A stretch of 64,000 nt of DNA from Glycera tridactyla (GCA_965644265.1 OZ286476.1:8680001-8744000); one strand, 5' to 3'; numbered from the stretch's first letter, positions 10,909-23,540 are shown. Notes: generated from the letters alone by a model not told the origin. Numbers and translations: made by a program.

Positions 10909-11789
10909 AGTTTTTCTTACATCTTTGGGATCAGGGTATGTCAATGGAGACTTTGAAGGGATATAAGTCTGCAATTTCGTCAGTTCTAGAATACTATGAT
11001 CATTCCTTACTGAATAGTAAAGAACTGAAAGATCTTTTCAGGAATCTCATGATGGAGAGACCAATTCACAGAAAGTTGGTCCCATCATGGAATCTTCCTC
11101 TCGTACTCAGGTATTTAGGTAGTGATCATTTTGAACCACTACAGAACATTCCTACGTTGGATATAACATTGAAAACTGTCTTCTTACTAGCCTTGGCTAG
11201 TGGAAGAAGAAGAAGTGAATTGAAGGCCCTTTCTGGTGAACCTGGCGCTATTAGGTTCACGAGGAGCTTTTCAAAAGTTACTCTGACGTATATGGCTGGT
11301 TTTATAGCCAAGAATCAGAGACCAGACAAGGAATGTCCATTTATAGTCATTCCTGCAATTCCAGAGGATCAGGAAGATGAGCTGATGCAACGAAGATTGT
11401 GTCCAGTCAAAACACTTGAGTGTTATTTGAGAAGAGTCCAACATACCAGAGCAGGTAGAAGGTCTCTATTCATTCCGCTGTCAGCTGCAGAATTGAGAGC
11501 TGACACCATTTCCAAATGGATCAAAACAGTCATTCTAAGAGCTTATGAGGACTCTGACCATCCAGTTCCTCAAAGTATCTCTGCTCATGAGACAAGAGCT
11601 CTTGCCTCATCTTGGAGACTGTTCAACCGTTCTTCTAGTATAGAAGAGATTATGCAAGCAGCTTTCTGGCGTTCCAGCCACACATTCTTCTCAAGATACT
11701 TGAGAGACATGTGTGGCCAAGCCATGGACCTCTATTCCTTAGGTCCAATCGTGGCTGGCCAGACAGTTGTTCAACCTCAAGAATACTAG
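10263..11789 (+). CDS. DIRS tyrosine recombinase; true start uncertain, overlaps ORF2
   Basis: SAM-like N-terminal region (STAKVY...W...TLKGYKSAIS). Catalytic motifs: SGRRRSEL (11199-11222), FIAKNQ, HETR (11586-11597), AFW and RY (Tyr 11697-11699). The frame is open from 10158; first ATG at 10263. Confidence 0.93.
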   Translation: MQRSCRRSLQISSHSNRIGTTSANIPTDSGHIQGLSNHRSYGNVSQSETTSFHQPLPRPSGMGSGRSLSELGGLSSSIRVPTNSSSERNSQQVEGTRPGSGVHSTVVAEPGLVPRLEGTVYHESDSVAITEGPADPGSEGEDPEPQETSGPQPSRLVFIRQALNTRNLPPEAVDRISQPVRPSTAKVYNCRWATWESYCNRNGIVATNPSLAFILKFFLHLWDQGMSMETLKGYKSAISSVLEYYDHSLLNSKELKDLFRNLMMERPIHRKLVPSWNLPLVLRYLGSDHFEPLQNIPTLDITLKTVFLLALASGRRRSELKALSGEPGAIRFTRSFSKVTLTYMAGFIAKNQRPDKECPFIVIPAIPEDQEDELMQRRLCPVKTLECYLRRVQHTRAGRRSLFIPLSAAELRADTISKWIKTVILRAYEDSDHPVPQSISAHETRALASSWRLFNRSSSIEEIMQAAFWRSSHTFFSRYLRDMCGQAMDLYSLGPIVAGQTVVQPQEY

Positions 11790-11835
11790 AGGTAAATAAG
11801 TGAATTCCAATTATCCCTCCATCCGGGTTATATTC

Positions 11836-11930
11836 GGATGCAGAATTTGAGGGAGAGACAGGCACGGTATTAACTTCACCCAGGTTTATTTTAACCTGGC
11901 TGTTAATACCTACCTGTCTCTCCCTCAAAT
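11836..11930. repeat. DIRS internal complementary region (ICR)
   Basis: 11836-11875 is the exact reverse complement of 4983-5022. 11873-11930 is the exact reverse complement of 12115-12172. Confidence 0.97.
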
Positions 11931-11965
11931 GATGGACCCTCCCATCTGTCCCCGCTAATTGCTGT

Positions 11966-12172
11966 GAAAATACGATGGGCGCATGGGCGCCGACGCGCAG
12001 CTTAGATGGGGAGACGCTAGATGGCGTTATAGGCGGCGACGCCGGTGGGTCCATCTAGGGGAATTCACTTTTGTAGTAAAGTTCGTAAAGGTAGTTAGGC
12101 ATGGGGGATGCAGAATTTGAGGGAGAGACAGGTAGGTATTAACAGCCAGGTTAAAATAAACCTGGGTGAAGT
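11966..12172 (-). repeat. DIRS right inverted terminal repeat plus a 29-bp unique extension (12144-12172)
   Basis: Inverted copy of the left ITR, followed by agccaggttaaaataaacctgggtgaagt, which is absent from the left end. Confidence 0.96.
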
Positions 12173-13211
12173 CTCAGATGAACTATAAAACCTGGATGTA
12201 TATCTAGAGATTTGTGTCACCTGAGAGCAATGATTTGATTGTTCATGTCATGCTCGACAGAAGGGACAGTTGGCCTGTTGCACATTTGTGCGCCCCAGGC
12301 TTTGTCTGCACGAGCTGTGAATTATGTCTCAGAGTGTTCCACATAACACCTCCACTTCTCTTCCTGATTCATTCATCCCTTTCAAGCAAAGCTCATAGTA
12401 TCCATCGAATCAGCAATTCAAACCCAGCAAAATGCTGATATACAACAGCCTTCTTCCAGTAACATATCCAAAAAACTCGAATTGTTCATCTCAACCTTGC
12501 TGCCTAAGCATTGACTGCAAACATTTAGTTACCCTGTTTCCCTGATGTAGGTATTATAAATTTGACGTAGCCCTAATCAGATGATATATGTAGATCTCTG
12601 TGGTCATTTGAGTGGCTATAAATAAGGCGCCCTCTACAAACAAGACATATCGAAATTCCCAACAATATTCAGACATTCATCAATACATTTTCATCATACA
12701 ATGATTCAAAAATTGATAATAGTAATATTTTCTGATGAAACCTTCCATCTTTTTATACATGGGAGAAATACATGTATTAAGAAACGTTCCAATCCTGAGT
12801 AGCAGTCGTATGTTGAATGATTTCACCAGATAATGTCTACTTCTTGGCCACATTGAAAGATCGGGGGATGTTTGACGATATTGCGTGGTATCCTGCACTA
12901 AGAGTGTCTGTTTAGATTACGAAGTGATGAAGGGAAGCTGAAAGTAAAAGCTGATGGACTTATGGCATGGGAGATAGCAGAGCTGTTGAAGCACGCTGAG
13001 GTATCACCACTTTCAAGATCCCTATATATTCCAAATTAATATTGAAGACGTTTCCGAAAAGTTTTGGTGATGGACGAGGACATCTACGTTTGGTGCGGAG
13101 GCGTGCCAAGCCATCAAGGATGTACATAATCTGTAAGAGTTCATGGGTCACATCATAGAAACAACATATCTATCCATTCATCCATCTATCCGATTGTCTG
13201 TCTGTTTGTCT

Positions 13212-13645
13212 NNNNNNNNNNNNNNNNNNNNNNNNNNNNNNNNNNNNNNNNNNNNNNNNNNNNNNNNNNNNNNNNNNNNNNNNNNNNNNNNNNNNNNNNN
13301 NNNNNNNNNNNNNNNNNNNNNNNNNNNNNNNNNNNNNNNNNNNNNNNNNNNNNNNNNNNNNNNNNNNNNNNNNNNNNNNNNNNNNNNNNNNNNNNNNNNN
13401 NNNNNNNNNNNNNNNTTTGGTCATTTGGTCNNNNNNNNNNNNNNNNNNNNNNNNNNNNNNNNNNNNNNNNNNNNNNNNNNNNNNNNNNNNNNNNNNNNNN
13501 NNNNNNNNNNNNNNNNNNNNNNNNNNNNNNNNNNNNNNNNNNNNNNNNNNNNNNNNNNNNNNNNNNNNNNNNNNNNNNNNNNNNNNNNNNNNNNNNNNNN
13601 NNNNNNNNNNNNNNNNNNNNNNNNNNNNNNNNNNNNNNNNNNNNN
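13212..13645. other. N-runs (13212-13415 and 13431-13645). Others at 15434-15763, 30425-30701, 40702-40971, 41383-41578, 54368-54538, 54637-54795, 57917-58105, 63117-63277, 63338-63475, 63556-63771
   Basis: Visible directly. Lengths vary from 138 to 330 bp and most abut simple repeats. The content is unknown. Confidence 0.95.
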
Positions 13646-16600
13646 GCAAGGTTTTTAGCTCACAGTGTGTACATCAGACTATGTATGTCGAGTGTTTCCT
13701 TGTGAAAATGTTACAAACGCAGCACTGGCTATGACAGACTGTGAGATGAGAGAAATACGAAAAGGAGTAAAATGAGTTGCGCTCCATTCATGATTCATCT
13801 GGCATGTGGCTGACCATCTAATCCTCCAGCTCAGTGGGTGGGTTATTGCATACAAACTCTGTAAATCATGTCTCCTGAGTAAGAATTGATTAAATAGGCC
13901 AGATTGTGTCACAATGTCAATGACTGTGACTGTCTGAGTGTACTTTTTGCAGAATTCACCAAAAAGTCGCCATCCTGTTGCGAAATTCAAGAAAGAAATC
14001 AAGATACTCTTGCAGATTCCACAAAAGTCAACAAATTGTTGAAGAAATTGGCAGAATACATGGAATACGTTAACCCACTGTTATGGAATTCACCATAGTC
14101 ACTATACTGCTGTTGAGTTCGTGAAAGAGTACCATATACTGTCATAAGATCCACGAATCATACAGGTGTGGAGACCGATTCACCCTTGCCTTCTAAAGTT
14201 CATGCAAATGACACATATTGTAAGTGAACCCTGTCTGGAATTGGGTCTTTTAGGGGAAAGTTTCCTTCTCGTGACTATTCTTCACATAAATTGTTCAGCC
14301 CCCAGTGGTCACTGTGATCACTAGAGGAATCTAATTTCCAGGAAAATAGTGCCACTTCCTGTGCATACCTGCATGACTCATCATGACAGGAGTCAGTTAT
14401 GTCCCAGAATCCTGAAATATCACAGGATCAAGAAACCATCCAAGTTTATTATGTGAAATATGGTGGTCAGTATTTGAGACCCCTTCATCAATCAAATGTG
14501 TCTGAACTGTCAGCTGCTTCCAATTGGCAACCTTTCAGGTTCCTCATGCTCTTGTGTTCAGGGTTGCCTGCAGGGGACAGAATGTTAATTGACCAGGAAT
14601 ACATGTCATACATGATCCTTCAGATTTATACATGCCATTGAAGTTCAATTCAATCAATTCATTGAATCTTTCATTTCTATATCTGTTTCATCTATTGTAT
14701 GTTATTGTTAGATATGATTTTCTGTTTTTAATTTTTTGTGATTATTGTAGATATGTCTTTACAGAATATAACGAGATTAGAGCCAATAAGACTTGGTGTG
14801 ATCATTTCTGCATGGAAGCTCCTCAACATATACTATTGCAAAATCCGTAAATAATATACTCTTGTGGAGGTGATATAACCCTGCCGAGGCTATAGGCTGA
14901 GGGCAAAAAAGATCGGGTATTAGTCATAATCTATGTGGGTTCGTAAAGACCACTTCACTTGAAATGATTGGGATGAATTGATGATCATATGTTCAAGGAG
15001 AGGTCCCTTCAAGTTTATGGCGATTTTCCCGATTTCACTACTCCGCACATCTTTTGAGTGAAACAAAATGTTTATTTGGGATGGTATATGACAGGTCCTT
15101 GCTGTCATGTCTGGCCTAGAAATGGGTCAGTCCGAATCTAGTGCTACTCATTCAGGCCTCACTCAAAAAGAAAGTGTTTCTGAAAGTTGATACCTATTGG
15201 GACGTGTCATAGGGATGAATATCTACATGACGGTCCTCCTCGTTGTTGTGCAGGAAGGTCTGGGTGATGATATCAGTTACATTTTTCGGTGATGCCCTAG
15301 AATCTGTCTATTGTAACAGGATCGACAAAACCATAGAGAAAACAACGCATCAATTCCATCATGTTACCGACTGGAAATGTCAATGTATATCGAATTCTCA
15401 GTACTATCGTAACATGGAAGCAGATGGGTGGTTNNNNNNNNNNNNNNNNNNNNNNNNNNNNNNNNNNNNNNNNNNNNNNNNNNNNNNNNNNNNNNNNNNN
15501 NNNNNNNNNNNNNNNNNNNNNNNNNNNNNNNNNNNNNNNNNNNNNNNNNNNNNNNNNNNNNNNNNNNNNNNNNNNNNNNNNNNNNNNNNNNNNNNNNNNN
15601 NNNNNNNNNNNNNNNNNNNNNNNNNNNNNNNNNNNNNNNNNNNNNNNNNNNNNNNNNNNNNNNNNNNNNNNNNNNNNNNNNNNNNNNNNNNNNNNNNNNN
15701 NNNNNNNNNNNNNNNNNNNNNNNNNNNNNNNNNNNNNNNNNNNNNNNNNNNNNNNNNNNNNNNCTGTATTGTCTCTACTCACTAGATCTGTCTCTTCTCT
15801 CTTTTTTTCCCTTTCCTCCCATTGATCCTCATCCTCTTCCCCTCTGTCTCCCTCGTTCACTTTTTGGCTGTCTTATATGCCGGTCTTACCATTACACTAG
15901 CTCGGTTATGACATACCATATTCAACGAAATCTACAATCGAGCCGTGTTCATACACTCGGATTGTACTTGCTCCTACATACGGATCAACTGACCCGTATA
16001 ATGATGGGCTGCAATAAATGATCAGTAGATGGTACAAAGCTAATGAACCAGTTCAGATAGCACCACGGATCCATCACCACCGCTTTGTCTGATATTGAAT
16101 AGAGGCTGACCATGTGTGCTTGACTATCAGCACCTAATGTGTTTTCTCTATTCACTGACTAAATAATAATCATTCTTTGTGTCAGTCCTAAGAAAGAGGG
16201 GATTCTGAAAAAAAACGCAAGTGAATGTTTCAGTTCCCGATCAATGGCCTCATTGATAGCTTTGTCAGATTCTCAATTTACTGGATGATGTCTAGATGAC
16301 TGCATGTTGTTCCCATAGTCATCAAATATCCGTCAAGTGGTGGCAATAGGGCACTGCTCATGACATAATATTATCCGTCATTACAACTTGAAACAATATA
16401 CAATTCATTCCTGTTATCACACAAGGTCCTGTCTGTGCAAATGTGAGGGGAAATTTTTCATGTGAGCAATGACACTATTGAATCGAAGCTACATTGTTAG
16501 ATAATCATCACCAGGGACAGGATGATCAGTGGATCGGATCGGTGGAATTGGCAATTTTCCTTTCAGAATAGAATAGTTACGAAACATACTCGATACAGGC

Positions 16601-18589
16601 TCAACGAAAATTGTTTTACACCGCCCTCAGACGACAGCTGTTTTGCATAAGAACAGATTTGAGTTTGATGACATAAGAAGCTTTGCAAGCAAATTCTACG
16701 TTAAGTTGGTTAGCACATCTCTATTCCTTGTACTCAGTATGATCATATGATTATATTATTCAAAGGTTTCAAGGATTATGAAACACGCAGTGATAGCAGA
16801 TCTGGTTTACTTCTCGGTTCACTAAAGGTTTGCTCGTCGTATACCAACCTTGATATCCCCTTGTATTCAAAGGTGGTACATCATTATGTCATTCATGATC
16901 TATATCATGAAACACAAGAATGAGGGTTATGGTTCCCTTCTCTGCCTGCAGAGTGTTGCTCTTCTATGACATCATTTGAATCTTACATGATAACTCGGAC
17001 AATAATATCATAATCTCCTTCATCACTTTGATTGATTCCTTCATCAATTCAATCGAATGAACCCAAATAGATATAATATTGACATGGATATCTTGTGAAA
17101 ACTCATCCAGAAATAGAAATGATGAAACTCGAATCTTCCAAAAAGGTGAATGAGGGGCTGCGTCTATAGTAACTTTTCATTCAAATGATATTGTATACAT
17201 GCTTGTATGTGTATGACCATTCAGTTTTCAGTTTTCTCTTCCTCATCACAAACCATCTATCATCCTGATCATACCATCTCATTCATCATGTAAATTCATT
17301 TTAATCATAAAAGTTTGGAATAAAAAATTCAATCCAGAACTCAATTCGCTCATCGTATAGATGTGTAGAGCTCCGAACTTTTTCATAAAATCGAAATTTG
17401 ATTTACTTCACTCACGATTTGATACCGCTACAAGATGAAATAATTTGAATTGATTTCTCCACGCACCTCCGCATCGGAATGGGATATTCAACTCGGCAGC
17501 CAATGCAAGAAATGTATACAATGTACCCTTGGGAAATAAGTGGCAACAAGCAGTTCGGTGGTAATAGAAACCAATAGCCTCCATTCAGGAAAGGCCTTGG
17601 AATAGCTGGTTGCTTGATGTATATCATCTTGATTGTTTTGGCAATGAGATTGTTCCACTGGTATGTGAGTGCGTCATGCAGCTTATATCACAGCAAGATC
17701 CCTACACAACATACCCCACAAGTTGACCCCAGCTTCTAATCACAAGGCCTCATATCATGGAACTACCATGTTAATCAATTCGATGATGTAGACTTGGAGA
17801 CAAAAACATTTTGAAAAAACTTGCAGAAGTTAATTAAAAGCATACCTAACGAAGGCATTACCTTATTGTCATGAATCTGATCATTATGGAAATTATGTTC
17901 GGTGAAACAATATCAAATGAACATGAAGCAAATTGGTTGATTTGCGTGATTTTCATAGAACACATCCTATGAAACGAGGTGGCTGAAGATGTGTCTCTAC
18001 TCTCAGCTACTTTAACTGGTTGCTTCCACGTTATCTTGTGTTTAGGGTTTGTGAAAGTGGTGCCGGCAGGTGGCAGAACATTCAGCTTCTATTGGTCAGA
18101 AACAACTCGCACATTCATGACATATTTGCCGTCAAATCCCAAAGATACCGGAGCCGATCACATACATCACCATTCTAAAGATTTAGGTACCATTAAATAC
18201 CATATATTATTCGGCATGGTAATGTCTTCTATCCTATATACAGTTGTGACTGTCTCAGTCTTGATATCTCCTTTTCGATTGCCTGAAGTATATCTTGTGA
18301 TATATTTCAATGTGTCAGGAAAATGCTAGCCTGCAGGAATGCTGATCAATCTGCATTCAATGCAATCAGAACCTTGCATGGATACCATCAATTTCTGTAA
18401 GCGTCTTTGCCGATTACCAAGAAAAAGGCTTCCATCACTTATGTAATGGTTCTACCTTTTGTTTGGTTGAAGTTACGAAGATGTGTTTCAACCTGAAGGA
18501 CTGGTATGTGTGCCTCCTCAATAGGAGATGTTTTGTCCCGTGCAGGCATCACTGTCAGACACCCAAAACAATACCTTCATGATATATGT

Positions 18590-18860
18590 AATATGATATA
18601 TTATCTATGTCATTATCAATATTATCATTATTATTGTTATCATTATTATTGTTATCATTATCATTATCATTATCATTATTGTTGTTATGATTATCATTAT
18701 CATTATTGTTATCATAACTACTATCATTTTTATCATTACTATCATCATCATTATTATTATTATCGTTACTTTTATTATCATCATTATCATTATTATCATT
18801 ATCTTTATCATTTTTTGTTATCATTATCATCATTATTATTGTTATCATTATCATCTACTA
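18590..18860. repeat. (TAT/CAT)n compound microsatellite
   Basis: Visible directly. Confidence 0.9.
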
Positions 18861-19269
18861 CAATTTATCTGCCATGAGCAGATCTGATAGAGTGATGAAC
18901 CTTAATACGGATTCTTCTATTCAGTTTCACAGCAGTAGTGGGGATTAAACACCCATCATTCTACCACTCGTTTTTTCTGAAAAGCTCGTCTTTTATCTCT
19001 TCTTCTCAAGGCATAATTCAAATAGATCAGTAGGATGATCCCATCATCTTTCAGCATCCATGGCATGCCGATTTAAGTCACCAAGGGCTCCAATGAATTT
19101 AGGCTGAGCAAACTCTCTTCTGGAATTCTCATGCTCCAAGGGATTGGATGCGTGATAGATTCGTCACTGAGTAGAAATTGGATTTTTCTACAATATTAGA
19201 TTGTGATTAGATTGTGTGGATACAATCAGTCCCGAGATACTCTGGGCACATCATGTGGGAAGCAGCTGC

Positions 19270-19273
19270 TCTA

Positions 19274-19310
<37 letters not shown>

Positions 19311-19326
19311 ATCTCTCTCTTCCTCT
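19270..19326. repeat. (CT)n microsatellite
   Basis: Visible directly. Confidence 0.9.
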
Positions 19327-21090
19327 CGTGGATCCATGTGAAAAGCTCACCACGTTCAAATGGCAGTAAAGTGACATTATTTGAGATGTATGCATACTGG
19401 ACATCTATAGTACTACAAGATGGTGATCGATTGATCGATTACTTTCTGTCCAATGTCATATCGACACAACATAGGTCATTCAAGACCTACCGATACTGTT
19501 GTACTAAGGTCGATTGATTGATCGATTGATTGAGCAGGGACAAACGTCTCTCAGACCGAGCCAGTATCATTCGAGACTGAAGGCATGGTCAGTTCTGAAG
19601 CAAATATGGGCAGAAAATCATTTTATTCGAATAGGTTTACTTCATGAGGAAAGGTTTGATTCATTTTTGGTATATTTGAAGACTCAATCGAAGGTGAGGG
19701 ATGCAAAAGTCACAACACGGAGATGCATTTCTGAGGTTTTTTTTTTCTGGAGGAAGCGCTACCACCACGGCTAGTCATTGATGTTCGCCAATTTTTCAGC
19801 GAAAGCATGGTTTGCAAAAAATATAAACTTCATTGTCTACATTCAAAGCCTGCTTGGAAGGATGCATGAAAAATCTATGTGCGATGCCAGATGCATGAGG
19901 CATCATGACAGCTTGAGGTGTAATACGACAAAAAAGTTGATATATGTGGAATAATTCTATTCGAGAAAATAGAAAAAATATTCCATGTCATAGCTATCGC
20001 ATTTTCCAGGTAGGGCAATAGAAATAACCTGAGCATGAGCCGCATGAGCCTTGGGTTGAGGCTGACAATGGTGGTCACATTGAAAGCCTGATTATTTCCC
20101 ATGGTTCTGATCATTTTCTTCCTGGTGCTGATCAACAAACGATGTGGCTTTTTTGAAAAAGTTAGATTGATCATAGAATATGGTTCCCTCAACTTTGCAT
20201 GATTACGGCATAGTGAGATCGAATAACAGGATCAACATGTGCAACATGATTCATTCAGGCATCCTTATTGATTTACCACAGAGAAATCATGTGTGGGCAA
20301 TTTTGGGGAAATATTGCTACCATGCATTGAAGAAATCAAAAATATGCCCTCTTCCATGTTGAGTGGCACAGCTGACTTGTTCTGCAGGCGGGATTATACA
20401 TAATGAATGCTTCTCTTATAAAGAGCATGTCAGTCGTTAGGCAGAGCAGCTCTTTTATGAATGTCTAATTCATTTTTATGTACCGATATGCAGGTTTTTG
20501 AGAGAGTGAATTCTCCAAAATGCGCCTCGGCGCTCTTGTCCTTCATCCATGCAGTCTATTGTCTACTGAATTTCCCCCCACTAATCATGAACTTGTTATA
20601 AGCACACAATTTGATTTCCCTGAGATCTATGCTCAGAACAGTTTTGAACCTCATATGCCCCTCGCTGACTTTGTCTTATATTTGTCTTATATGTCACACC
20701 ACAGTCAAGCTCTGAAAATGTTGCCGGCCTTATGAATGTAAAACTCATTTGTATACCAGGCAAAATTGGTTTGAGGGAAATTGTATTACTATTCAAAGCC
20801 TCTGAGAGAAGGAGAGCGAAAAGCTCAATCTGTCAACATCATGTCGAAAGTTTGTAGGTTATGACAGTGGTATTATTCGTTGCGTTGTGAACACATCCAG
20901 GCTGTACTGAGCCATCTATGCCATAAGCGATGATATTTCTCTTAGGTCCTAGATTGAAGGTGAACATTCATGAAATTTAAAGATGAAGTTTGCATGTTTA
21001 TTTGATGCAGGCATGTATGAATGTCCCGGAGAATGACGTCAGAATTTTGCATTGGCAGAATGAATTGAAGAAAGGTGATAAGTAGAATTC

Positions 21091-21526
21091 GAGTAAATCT
21101 TGATAAGTGAAAGATTTATATTCAATGAGGCAAATTGATGGTGATCAGAGACGCACCCAACAACAACAAATTTGGCGTGAATTGGAGAAGGGTCATGGAG
21201 ACATTTTTATTTATTCCAGATGGCTGGCTTCACTGCAATGCTGTTATCATATGAATGCAAATGAAGAAGGCTTCCATTCGGCAGGTGATGCATTGGTGCT
21301 GGCGGATGGTAGTGACGACCATGGCGTGATCATAAAATGGCCGCAGTTGTCAGGCAATACGCATGCGTTCCGAAACCTCTTCACATCATTGATATATGTC
21401 GCTACTGAGATTAGCTTAACCCTCTCAATTTGAGCTTTTTGAATTCCTAAAATTTTCAGACACCCAGCAAAAAATTCCACTACCTGATACACGACGAAAA
21501 AATATATTCTCCTCTATTTCTGTTGA

Positions 21527-21596
<70 letters not shown>

Positions 21597-22208
21597 CTAT
21601 TATCATAATCATCATCGTGGGCGTGGATTGCTACACTGGTATTGGTGTCCAATGAGCCTGGTCGAAATGCTTTCCTCTGATGAAACATGTCAACAAATCG
21701 AATTCAAGTGTGTATGTAAGAGATAAAGGAATGTGATATTGCCTGGAGATGTTCTACTCTAGTTCAATCAGCAACTCCAAAAATGCATCATTGAACTGAT
21801 CACAACCATGGGAGAAGAAAAAGCATGCACAAGAGAGGGAAGATGAGTACAATCATCATCATGGTCACAACAATCATGAATCACGATCGTCAATGGGAGG
21901 AGGGAAGCGTTCTCGTGCTATTCAGACTCCTAAGCGGAATATACCGAAGATGAATCATATATGAGTGGTGTCATTGGGAGATGCTCCAGGCAATGTCATC
22001 AGCGTGTAATCAGCAGGTAATTGTGATAGACGACCATCATAGCCTTGTCCTGATTAATATGTTAGCAGTGAATGGTTTCAAAAATGTCTCTCTACGATAT
22101 CACACCAACAGGCACGACTGGCTGCTACTCTCCCTGTTCTTGTGATTGTCGCTTTTCTCACTCACTGACATCAATTACTCCCATGGCCCTCTAGTCTAGT
22201 CTGTCCAA
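21091..22208. repeat. Copy 2 of the ~1.1-kb direct repeat, uninterrupted, with (CAT)n at ~21527-21616
   Basis: Collinear with 556-1640. Its end (22187-22208) is identical to 4212-4233. Confidence 0.9.
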
Positions 22209-22334
22209 GTGTACATAATGTGGTTATAATCACGATACACCAGAATTGTAGCACCATTGCGTCAATCAGTTAAGTATTGAGTTCTTTGTTGACAATGGCA
22301 CTGTGATAGCAAATGAGAAAATGGAGGCATAGTT

Positions 22335-22800
22335 TTGTATTGTATCGTATCGTATTGTATTGCATTTTATTGTTATATATTGTATTTTACCACATGGATG
22401 TGCCATTTTCAGTGAAGTATCAGGTGTTGAGTATTGCGTGTGATACTTCATAGCAGAGCGAGAACTACTTTTTGATGATTTATTCCATAATCCATGTGAT
22501 AAAAGCAAGACTAAATGACCGTGAGGTGAACACGCAATACCAAACTTGGTGTGAATTTCTCCAGATATCACTCGGCCTTCAGCCTCGTGACATCTGGTGA
22601 AATCACACCTTGTTTGGTATTGCGTTCTTACTTCACGGCCATGTAGTCCTGATATAGTATTGTACTGTATTGTATTGTATTGTGTTGTAGTGTAGTGTAG
22701 TGCAGTGTAATGTTGTGTAGCATGGCGAATTGTGGTCTAGTGTCGTGTATTGCAGTATAGTGTAGTATATTTTTGTTTCTTGAATCGCAATACATTGTAT
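22335..22800. repeat. Degenerate (TATTG/TAGTG)n pentanucleotide tracts at ~22335-22390 and ~22655-22800
   Basis: Visible directly; the two tracts flank the palindrome at 22532-22625. Confidence 0.8.
22532..22625. repeat. 94-bp imperfect palindrome (~40-bp arms, 15-nt centre), MITE-like
   Basis: Left arm acgcaataccaaacttggtgtgaatttctccagatatcac pairs with right arm 22587-22625; the outer 14 bp are perfect. Confidence 0.8.
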
Positions 22801-23349
22801 CATGTCGGATCTTTCTGTATTGTTTCATATTGCATCGTGAACTGGTGAACTGGTTCAATCTTGTCCAGTTGGCATATTGTCCCATCTGGAAGAACTTCCC
22901 AGCGTATTTTGAAAAGCTCTGATGGAATGAGGCACTAATCATGAGGTTCGTGCCGGGATAATTTGCAGGTATTATCCTGACAGATCAATTTGCCATCCTT
23001 CACTTATGTAATCATACCTGTCATGATGGTTTCGCGATCTTTGGCCATGGCTAATTATTGGCAAATAAGGGTTAGTTATGAGACAATTATATGCATATGT
23101 CGATGAGCCTGCAGCCCATGGCTGGTGATTATGAGTCCAAGGACAGGAGGGGCATGGTCTTTAGTGGATTGCTACATTCAACGCTCAGAAAGATGTAGGA
23201 GTATTGATGACGATGAGGAGTGTGTTGATGATGATAATGATAGTGATGATGTCCATGATGATGGTTTGAAAACAACATGTCTTGCTCTGTGTAATGAATG
23301 GATTTCAATTACCATTAGTGCGCCTAATAGAGAGATGTAGCTGCGATGT

Positions 23350-23540
23350 GGTTCTCCTGTGTACTTTCGGGGCATCAGATGTGATTTCAAAACCTTGGAC
23401 CTTTCCAATTGTGTTCAGCCATCATTAGGCATCAAAATGAGCAATGTTCCATTATTACAGTGACTACATCTCCACCAGCTCAATTGGTCATCATATTGCC
23501 TAGTAATATGATCATCATCATATATATTACCTATCCGTAT
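23350..23540 (-). mobile_element. Possible highly decayed LINE APE endonuclease fragment
   Basis: Minus strand gives IILLGN / WWRCSHCNNGTLL...G*TQL, loosely like LLGDFN...W..S...N..G..L...GL.QL. Requires a frameshift and a stop. Confidence 0.3.

Larger units (their letters stand above)
4983..12172 (+). mobile_element. DIRS1-like tyrosine-recombinase retrotransposon, full length (7,190 bp)
   Basis: Inverted terminal repeats, an internal complementary region, gag, RT-RNase H-methyltransferase and tyrosine recombinase ORFs in DIRS1 order. AGT is present at both junctions (4983-4985 and 12170-12172). Confidence 0.97.

Noticed and set aside
11650-12054. ORFs 5074-5316 (+) and 11650-12054 (-) sharing an N-terminus
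   Set aside because: The shared sequence is simply the inverted terminal repeat.
21640-21900. Toll-like receptor reading (hydrophobic stretch, SFISY, HQRKAFRPG) on the minus strand of the duplicated unit
   Set aside because: Motif spacing is too short for a TIR domain, there are several stops, and no other TIR boxes are present.
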